This document shows positions 58,001 to 64,000 of a DNA stretch of 64,000 nucleotides, piece by piece. The notes under the pieces were generated by a model. It made no database searches and had not been told where the DNA came from. It saw only the letters and a program-made list of their open reading frames with translations. The position numbers and the translations under genes are program-made. The stretch is from Patescibacteria group bacterium (GTDB lineage Bacteria; Patescibacteriota; Patescibacteriia; UBA1558; GWA2-36-10): positions 33,011-97,010 of the forward strand of contig JBAZSG010000003.1 of assembly GCA_041662585.1 (NCBI GenBank), read 5' to 3'. Position 1 is the stretch's first letter. Every line of letters begins with the position of its first letter.

Positions 58001-61000
58001 CGCGACTTAAGTTCCAAAAAGCTTTTGATAAACCTATCAAACTTTTTCTTTTTCTTTCTTTCTCAGCAATATCGGCAGCTTCAGCTATTTGCATTGCTCT
58101 AGCTCCTACTATCTTTTGAGCAAAATCATCTTTTTCCATAGCATCATCCATTCCAGCAAGCTGTGCCTCTTGTATCATTTTGACTTCCAAAGCATCAATT
58201 TTTAATTCAATTTTGGCTCTTTCAGTTTCTTTGATATCAGGTAATTTTATTCTAGCTCTAGCTTCATGAATCAATGTTTCAGCTTGAGCAAAAGTATCTG
58301 TAGTTAATTCAAATTGCTCAAATTCACCAAGAATTTCTCTGGTAGTTTTGACTTCGCTTTTACTTTTGGCAAGTATTTCAGACCTCAGAGAACCAAGCAT
58401 TCTTTGAGAACCCATGTAAGCAGCGCCTATTAAAACATCAGTATTAGCAGTTCCAGCGATGGCACCAGAAGTAAAACCTTTGGCCAAGGCCTGCATAAAG
58501 CTTTCTGGTGGAGTTGTACCAAATATTTTTGATACATAAGACATTCCATATGAGCTTTTGGCTTTATCATCAATTTCATCAAACTTTTCTTGAGCCACTA
58601 CATCACCTAAAATGACATTCATTTCACGAGCTACCATCAAATGTGCTCTGGTTATTAATTCTTTTTTTCCATCTTCATTTAATACTTCACCATCTTTTAG
58701 TGTTTCTAGTGTCTTTTCTATTTGATAGGAAACATATTCTTCAAGGGCATTATTTTCACTAAGATTTTTTATTAACTCTTGTCTTTTTTTTATCTTATCT
58801 TTTTTCAAAGAACCTTCATTCTCTCTAGCACTTTGTGTTATTCTAAGTAACTCCTGGATTGCTTCAAGCTTGGCTTTTTTTTCTTCAAAGTTTTCTCCAC
58901 TAAATGTCCTATTTATGGCTTCATCATTAAATGACAATTCATAAGATTTAGCACTCTGTATTTTTAATTTTTCTTTTTGACTGATATCAAATTCAATCAA
59001 ATCAGACATATCACTTTTTAATTGAGCAAATAGATCTGTTTCACTAAGTCCCTTGTCTGTCAATTTTTCAGCTTTTTTTGCCAAATTTTTCATACCCTTG
59101 GCATTGAATTTTTCAAAGCCTTTACCAAGTGCGTAATTTAAACCAGATGAAAAAGCACCAGCAGCTCCACCAACAGCCATTTTTATAAACAAAGCAGAAC
59201 TACTCATTGTTTTTGCTACCAGCATAGTACCCTTCATAATTATTGCATATTGAGCACCACCTAGTATTCCTTTGGCAAATTTTTTGCCTTCTTTTTTTAG
59301 AGTAGATTCAGGATCTTTATTGGCTGCAATATGTTCTTGCATGATTACTTCTGATTGTAAACAAAAATTTTCAAAGTATTTGTTGATAGCATCTTGCTTA
59401 TAAAGCTCACTAATGTGCATTTCTTGCAATAATTCATCTGTCATCATAGCATTAAATTTTTCTTTTAATGCGTCAATATCTTTTAAGTCTTCTAAAGTCA
59501 AATTTGCAAAAAATTCATTAAATTCTTTGCTTTTAATTCTTTCTGCCTGATTATCTATTTTAAATAATTCAGCTATCTTATCACGAAATCCAGCTGATCT
59601 TGTAGCCACATCCAAAGTTTCTTCCCCACTTTGTATTTTAGTAATAACATTTTTTAATATTTCTGGTGTAAAAAGTTGTTCTGATCCTTGAATAGATATA
59701 TTTTCGCTATCTATTATAGCTATAAGTTCTTCCAAAGATTTGGCGTTTTCAATCAATGCTCTAGCTTTTTCCTCTTCCATTATTGCTTCAGGCTTTGTTT
59801 CAGCTGCAGGAGTTTCTTCAATCTTTTGTGTATCTTCTGTTTTTGGTGTTTCTTCAGGTGCTGGTATTTCAAAAGTTTCTGATGTTTCTTCAAGCAATTT
59901 TTCGGTAGGTCTTTTTGTATTTAAAATTGCTGATAAGGGGTATATAACTTCTCTGTATCTTGCAATTTCTTTTTCTGAAGATGCTTTTTCTTCCCCAGTT
60001 TTTTCTTTTGGTTTACCATAAGTATCATTGTTATCATCAGGTTCATAAGAATAGTCTAATTCACCATTTAGATTGTTAACAAAATAAGTTAAAACAGCCT
60101 CCATTTCTTGGAAATTGCCAGATTCCAATTGTTTTATTTGAGTATTAACTTGTTTTTCCATTGCTTGATAAAAATCTAGAGCACCTTCTTTATATGGTTC
60201 TTTACTTTTTAAAATATCTTTTAAGAGGTTAACGCCTTTTTGTATTATTTCCTGATCTGTCTGTTCACTTTCTGTTGGAGTTTCGATAAGAGGTCTTTTT
60301 GTATTTAAAATTGCTGATAAGGGGTATATAACTTCTCTGTATCTTGCAATTTCTTTTTCTGAAGATGCTTTTTCTTCAGGATTGTAAGAGTAATGCAATT
60401 CATTATCTAAGTTGTTAATAAAATAAGTTAAAACAGCTTCCATTTCATTAAAATCATCAGACTCTAGTTGTTTGATTAGAGTATTGATTTCTCTTTCCCT
60501 TTCTTTATAAAAATTTGGGTCTTGTTCTTTATATTGCTCTGCACTTTTTAAAATATCTTTTAAGAGGTCAACACCTTTTTGTATTATTTCTTGATCTGTT
60601 TTCTCAACTTCAATATTTTCAGAGCTTGTTTCAACTACTGGTGTTTTTAGAACATCTGGTGTCTCGGGTATTTCAGGGGTTTCTGGAGTTTTTTCGTCAG
60701 GTGTTATATTTTCTAAAACTGGCTCTGAATTTTTTTGGGTTTTTGTTTTCAAGTATCCTCCTTTTTTTCTTTTACTTTGTTCAACAAAACCATCAACTAA
60801 ATCCTCAACTAACCTATCGGTAGCTGGTATTTTTGATTTATTGGGTATTTTTGGTACTGTAAGTGGAGTTTGATAATCAACATTTTCAGAATCAATAACT
60901 TGTCCAGAAGCTGGCTCATAGTGGTGGTGGTCAGTAACTTTTTTAGAACTTCTACCATATGTCATAGCAACTTCACCTATAGCTTTTTTAGCTTCCATAG

Positions 61001-61241
61001 CAGCTATTTCAGCACCTTGATTGATGTTGTCTAGAGCAATTTTTTCTGTATCATCAAGCCCAGATTTAATATCTTCGGGTAATTGTTTTAAATTAAGAAT
61101 TTCATCATCAATATTTTGAGTTGTTTCTGTGACAACTGTTTCTAAACTAGGAATAGTTTTTTCATCTTCATAATTTCCTGATAGAAGTTCTCTTAACTCG
61201 TCATCTGGTAATAGACCAGTCTTTATTTTTTTTCTAGTCAT
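55092..61241 (-). CDS. giant acidic hypothetical protein (2049 aa)
   Basis: uninterrupted 6.1-kb ORF; internal duplication; Gly/Ala-zipper hydrophobic patches. Confidence 0.85.
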   Translation of the reverse strand: MTRKKIKTGLLPDDELRELLSGNYEDEKTIPSLETVVTETTQNIDDEILNLKQLPEDIKSGLDDTEKIALDNINQGAEIAAMEAKKAIGEVAMTYGRSSKKVTDHHHYEPASGQVIDSENVDYQTPLTVPKIPNKSKIPATDRLVEDLVDGFVEQSKRKKGGYLKTKTQKNSEPVLENITPDEKTPETPEIPETPDVLKTPVVETSSENIEVEKTDQEIIQKGVDLLKDILKSAEQYKEQDPNFYKEREREINTLIKQLESDDFNEMEAVLTYFINNLDNELHYSYNPEEKASSEKEIARYREVIYPLSAILNTKRPLIETPTESEQTDQEIIQKGVNLLKDILKSKEPYKEGALDFYQAMEKQVNTQIKQLESGNFQEMEAVLTYFVNNLNGELDYSYEPDDNNDTYGKPKEKTGEEKASSEKEIARYREVIYPLSAILNTKRPTEKLLEETSETFEIPAPEETPKTEDTQKIEETPAAETKPEAIMEEEKARALIENAKSLEELIAIIDSENISIQGSEQLFTPEILKNVITKIQSGEETLDVATRSAGFRDKIAELFKIDNQAERIKSKEFNEFFANLTLEDLKDIDALKEKFNAMMTDELLQEMHISELYKQDAINKYFENFCLQSEVIMQEHIAANKDPESTLKKEGKKFAKGILGGAQYAIIMKGTMLVAKTMSSSALFIKMAVGGAAGAFSSGLNYALGKGFEKFNAKGMKNLAKKAEKLTDKGLSETDLFAQLKSDMSDLIEFDISQKEKLKIQSAKSYELSFNDEAINRTFSGENFEEKKAKLEAIQELLRITQSARENEGSLKKDKIKKRQELIKNLSENNALEEYVSYQIEKTLETLKDGEVLNEDGKKELITRAHLMVAREMNVILGDVVAQEKFDEIDDKAKSSYGMSYVSKIFGTTPPESFMQALAKGFTSGAIAGTANTDVLIGAAYMGSQRMLGSLRSEILAKSKSEVKTTREILGEFEQFELTTDTFAQAETLIHEARARIKLPDIKETERAKIELKIDALEVKMIQEAQLAGMDDAMEKDDFAQKIVGARAMQIAEAADIAEKERKRKSLIGLSKAFWNLSREEKLKVFAKAGYEGAKGALAGAIGSELVSFGSTTMNGGSYDINAGLDNVLNRVTLNAGAAAARTETIVEDIKNIVTDADENQDTATTNTSHVEIPKPVSETKEELEEKIITSDTTQNTETNQSDTTTQSPEIKNPIHETANEESKLFYKLENQKSSPPDWNNLEHIDTTQTTQPDTTNEQKTEETINPEVEKIINIFEKGVTIEDLDKVVCELDNDPKSQEAINARHALNHLLDDGTLTLEQYKQAIATHVGQELNLSNEEIAKNAIENSQIDIKTVIEVQDRLELEKEFGINSFDGDITSEELNKIAEQIHGAKAGEATALLEKLYQSGLINDEQKFSIEHASIKHTGFKEIEKDEPETKTGESIKRNLSLELAKDGAPKHLEQVFYRVGIDSMHFGDEITNVEAAQILNIGANMTKLSEGHDIAGISAEDFQKYVSVENGKVVVNDYDGFQDNIVRVLVAHAEETITTENIENSGAVAYIDNIKDATWGDMLKPENIAAEQIKLDQQQIDAAENRLFQATLNNTELGELATDLAFKDEDSGTFVIDNEEILIKDNEVVRVGDTNLENPIILNNKEAGEELIDRVSEVKAEKLLSLIEDTKAEMTERLNTQLANFESQKIIENIPALATPEYDINTELETTLTKLGFVDDYGKAEWDFLKKESVSDLLDEKIEGYSEQNNQLLERHHRSHMQEFIQEAINKGDVHDKSITIEEAIKELATKNTIEKLRHDMDVAEIKVNNMEKNSSKAETVANDEEAAVVEKAMPETTINPEIENVSNIKPETAMELLKSWNPDIDTSRPDYEEIAIGLANNVLTERADLFEKYNISNEGTEQERLERITDLVKQLEAQGEEIDQLPPSTNEMSTDDQLDNIEDYALSPDEETPVAEINSITMNELYKGFYNKELVSTSEFDQMDHTELQNLKTELAKMQTILKEGPPNNSNFSLDKINKAVEENANIISKIDKQLAK
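59907..60600 (-). repeat. intragenic tandem duplication (~105-120 aa units)
   Basis: TDQEIIQKGV...LSAILNTKRP occurs twice; 87 bp identical at 59907-59993 and 60291-60377. Confidence 0.9.
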
Positions 61242-61256
61242 ATAATTAAAATATAA

Positions 61257-61442
61257 TTAATATCTATCTTTTAACTCTTGAAGTTTTTCAGCTATTTTTT
61301 GATCATCAATTCTTTGAGCAATGGCTTTAACTATTTTATCCTTGTCTTGTCTTAATCTATTCAATTTGATAACAAATAAATCATAAATCTGCTGGATTTC
61401 TATAATGCTATCTTGAGTTGATTTATTATTAGTTTGTGGCAT
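61257..61442 (-). CDS. small hypothetical protein
   Basis: 61-aa helical ORF tightly packed in an operon. Confidence 0.65.
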   Translation of the reverse strand: MPQTNNKSTQDSIIEIQQIYDLFVIKLNRLRQDKDKIVKAIAQRIDDQKIAEKLQELKDRY

Positions 61443-61447
61443 ATTTT

Positions 61448-61783
61448 TTATTTACTCAAAGCGTCTTTCATTTTAGCTGTACGATCAAAAAAGTTATAGG
61501 CATAGTCATCCAAAAACTTTTTTTGTTCTTCAGCAAAGTTGGGTATTTTTTTAATAAAGAATTGATTTAATTCTTCACCTGAGGCTTTATTATCTACTTT
61601 TTCATAGTAAGCTTCTAATTGTTCGGTAGATAGTTTGGCTAGTAAAAATAAACCCATTTTTTTCTCTAGTTGCTCTGCCAATCTATCTACATAGTCAGTA
61701 TCTATCTTACCATCAGCATTTGTTAAATTTGCCTTGCTAAGTAAGGCCGTAATAAATTCTTGAGCAAATGATTGTTTTGTCAT
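61448..61783 (-). CDS. hypothetical protein (DUF5663-like)
   Basis: LSTEQLEAY...FFIKKIPNF pattern recalled from this family, not searched. Confidence 0.6.
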   Translation of the reverse strand: MTKQSFAQEFITALLSKANLTNADGKIDTDYVDRLAEQLEKKMGLFLLAKLSTEQLEAYYEKVDNKASGEELNQFFIKKIPNFAEEQKKFLDDYAYNFFDRTAKMKDALSK

Positions 61784-61836
61784 ATTTTTATAGTTATTGT
61801 TAGTTTTAATATATATTATATTATACCAAAAAAAGC

Positions 61837-62421
61837 CTAAGTATCAAACTTGGCTAATAATTTTTTGGTTAATTTAACTGGCAAACCAAGTACACTATCC
61901 TCTTCACCTTGTATTTTCAGTATATAAGGCTTTATTAGCGGATCATTGGTTGAAAATCCCCCAGCTTGTGTAAATACATTTCCTTCAGCTATCAACTTGT
62001 CTATAATATTATCAGGAATGCTTTTAAAATATACTTTTTTAGAATCAGAAGCCTCTACTCTTTTTCCTGTACTAGTATCAGTGACTACTATGGTATTGAT
62101 AGCCTCAGCTGGATATTTTGCATAGCTTTTTAAAAACTCTCTAGCTTCTTGTGGTGTCTCTGGTTTTTCACGTATTGTACCATTATAATTTATTACTTGA
62201 TCAGCAGTAATAAGTAATGCTACTTCGTTTATTTTTTTTATTAAAGCATCGGCTTTGGCGTTAGCCAATTTGCTAGTCAGTATTTGAGGATTGTCGTCTC
62301 TGATAGCTTTTTCATCAATATCAGCTGTCAGTACTTCAAAATCATAGCCCATTTTTTCTAGCACCGCTTTTCTTCCTTTAGACGCACTACCTAGTATAAT
62401 TTTATATTTTTTAAGCCCCAT
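61837..62421 (-). CDS. maf: Maf family nucleotide pyrophosphatase
   Basis: IILGSAS..RK, DIDEK, LA..KA, ITADQV, EKP, SVLGLP; start moved to ATG 62421. Confidence 0.88.
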   Translation of the reverse strand: MGLKKYKIILGSASKGRKAVLEKMGYDFEVLTADIDEKAIRDDNPQILTSKLANAKADALIKKINEVALLITADQVINYNGTIREKPETPQEAREFLKSYAKYPAEAINTIVVTDTSTGKRVEASDSKKVYFKSIPDNIIDKLIAEGNVFTQAGGFSTNDPLIKPYILKIQGEEDSVLGLPVKLTKKLLAKFDT

Positions 62422-64000
62422 GACATTTTTTATATTTTTTACCAGATCCGCAGTAGCAGGGATCATTGCGACCTATGCGTTGACCAGAGGCATCAGTTGG
62501 TTTGTTGGATACAGCAGTATTTTTGGCCTCGCGATTGGTCACCTGTTTTTGAAATGGTTGATAGCCTTGTTTTTGTTCTTCAAAAACTTTTTGACTTTCT
62601 CCTGGTCTAGGAGCCTTGTTCCCTCCACTGACAGTATTTCTTTTTAGACTTATCTTAAATACAGAATAAACTATTTGTTTGCGAATAGCATCAAGTAAAG
62701 TATTAAACAAAGTAAAGGCTTCGCGTTTGTATTCTACTAGAGGATCTCTTTGTCCATAACCTTGTAAGCCAATACCAGTACGGAGTTTATCCATAGCTGT
62801 CAGGTGCTCTACCCATAATGTATCTATACTTTTGAGTACAATACTACGCTCTATAATTTGCATCGGTGTCCATGTCTTATCATCCATGGTGACATGGGTA
62901 TTGATGTCTTCTGTTAGTTTTAAATATTTTTCTTTGGCAATAGAATCTATATATTCAATCAAAGTATCTCTATTGACATGACTATTTGTTTTGCCGTTGA
63001 TGTCCAAAAGTTCTTTTAGCTTATTTTCTTCAGCAGATTCTAATAGAAAAATAGATTTTATAGTTTCCAATATTTCCTTGGGGTCAAAGTCAGAAGTATT
63101 TTTTCCACTTAAAGTATGAAAGGATACTACATTTTCAATTTCTTTGTTTACATATTCAAGTACTATATCTTGGGAAGTGCGTTCAGATTTGTGCTCTTTA
63201 TCAGAAAAAATTTCTAAGAGTTGTTGGCGTGAGCCATAGACTACTTGGCGATGTTTATTGATAATATCATCATATTCTACCAAATGTTTTCTAATATCAA
63301 AGTTGTGTCCTTCTACTTTCTTTTGGGCAGATTCTATAGAGTTGGAAATAATCTTATTTTCTATGGGCACATCTTCAGCCAAACCTAGTTTGTCCATCAC
63401 ATTTTTCATACGATCTGAACCAAAAACACGCATCAGATCATCTTCCATGGAAATATAAAATCTAGAAGAACCTATATCACCTTGACGACCAGACCTACCT
63501 CTGAGCTGATTGTCTATACGACGTGATTCGTGACGCTCAGTACCCAAAACATGCAAACCACCTAGTTTGATAATTTCCTCATACTTAGCTTTGTCATATG
63601 GTGCACCGCCCAAGATAATATCCACACCACGACCAGCCATATTGGTAGCCACAGTTACAGCTCCTTTGCGTCCAGCTTGAGCGATTATTTCGGCTTCTTT
63701 TTCATGAAATTTGGCATTAAGTAGATTATGAGGAATACCAGCTTTGTCTAGTAAATTGCCTAGTTCTTCATTTTTTTCAATAGAAATAGTACCAACTAAT
63801 ACTGGCTGTCCTTTTTCATGACGGGCTTTTATTTCTCGAACAATAGCCTTGAGCTTGCCTCGATAGTTTTTGTAGATTCTATCCCCTTGATCATCTCTAG
63901 CAAAAGGCTTGTTGGTAGGGATTACAGTCACATCCAAGCTATATATTTTGGCCATTTCTTCAGCTTCAGTAGCTGCTGTACCTGTCATACCAGCTAGTTT
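62411..64000 (-). CDS. secA: preprotein translocase ATPase SecA (3' part)
   Basis: [59 protein letters not shown]. Confidence 0.98.
   Translation of the reverse strand, partial: KLAGMTGTAATEAEEMAKIYSLDVTVIPTNKPFARDDQGDRIYKNYRGKLKAIVREIKARHEKGQPVLVGTISIEKNEELGNLLDKAGIPHNLLNAKFHEKEAEIIAQAGRKGAVTVATNMAGRGVDIILGGAPYDKAKYEEIIKLGGLHVLGTERHESRRIDNQLRGRSGRQGDIGSSRFYISMEDDLMRVFGSDRMKNVMDKLGLAEDVPIENKIISNSIESAQKKVEGHNFDIRKHLVEYDDIINKHRQVVYGSRQQLLEIFSDKEHKSERTSQDIVLEYVNKEIENVVSFHTLSGKNTSDFDPKEILETIKSIFLLESAEENKLKELLDINGKTNSHVNRDTLIEYIDSIAKEKYLKLTEDINTHVTMDDKTWTPMQIIERSIVLKSIDTLWVEHLTAMDKLRTGIGLQGYGQRDPLVEYKREAFTLFNTLLDAIRKQIVYSVFKISLKRNTVSGGNKAPRPGESQKVFEEQKQGYQPFQKQVTNREAKNTAVSNKPTDASGQRIGRNDPCYCGSGKKYKKCHGA

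Noticed and set aside
1-64000. CRISPR array, tRNA, rRNA, IS elements, TGA recoding
   Set aside because: No repeat-spacer array, cloverleaf, rRNA or transposase recognised by eye; TGA acts as stop at ATGA overlaps and core genes are intact in code 11

Overview
AT-rich bacterial chromosome segment, genetic code 11, with traits typical of Patescibacteria/CPR (few Shine-Dalgarno sites, leaderless genes, giant protein); the taxon is inferred. 1-13.3 kb is an accessory island: five paralogs with variable N-termini and a C-terminal PEP-utiliser phospho-His swivel domain (one wHTH-fused), one stand-alone PEP-synthase-type ATP-grasp subunit, four histidine-phosphatase-fold genes, a plant-type NDP-rhamnose epimerase/reductase, rmlA and an Nfu protein. 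This is the best candidate for an undescribed split dikinase/phosphatase system. Then come mraY-murD-ftsW-murG-murC-murB, infA-rpmJ-rpsMKD-rpoA-rplQ-rplM-rpsI, a Wzx/glycosyltransferase cluster, lysS-rdgB-ppi-serS-alr-ftsQ, and two Xer-like recombinases with a dif-like site near the gene-strand switch. After them lie a candidate ~200-nt rod-shaped ncRNA, mostly minus-strand housekeeping genes, a 2049-aa protein and the 3' part of secA. Several isolated GC-rich genes carry their own promoter, SD and terminator.
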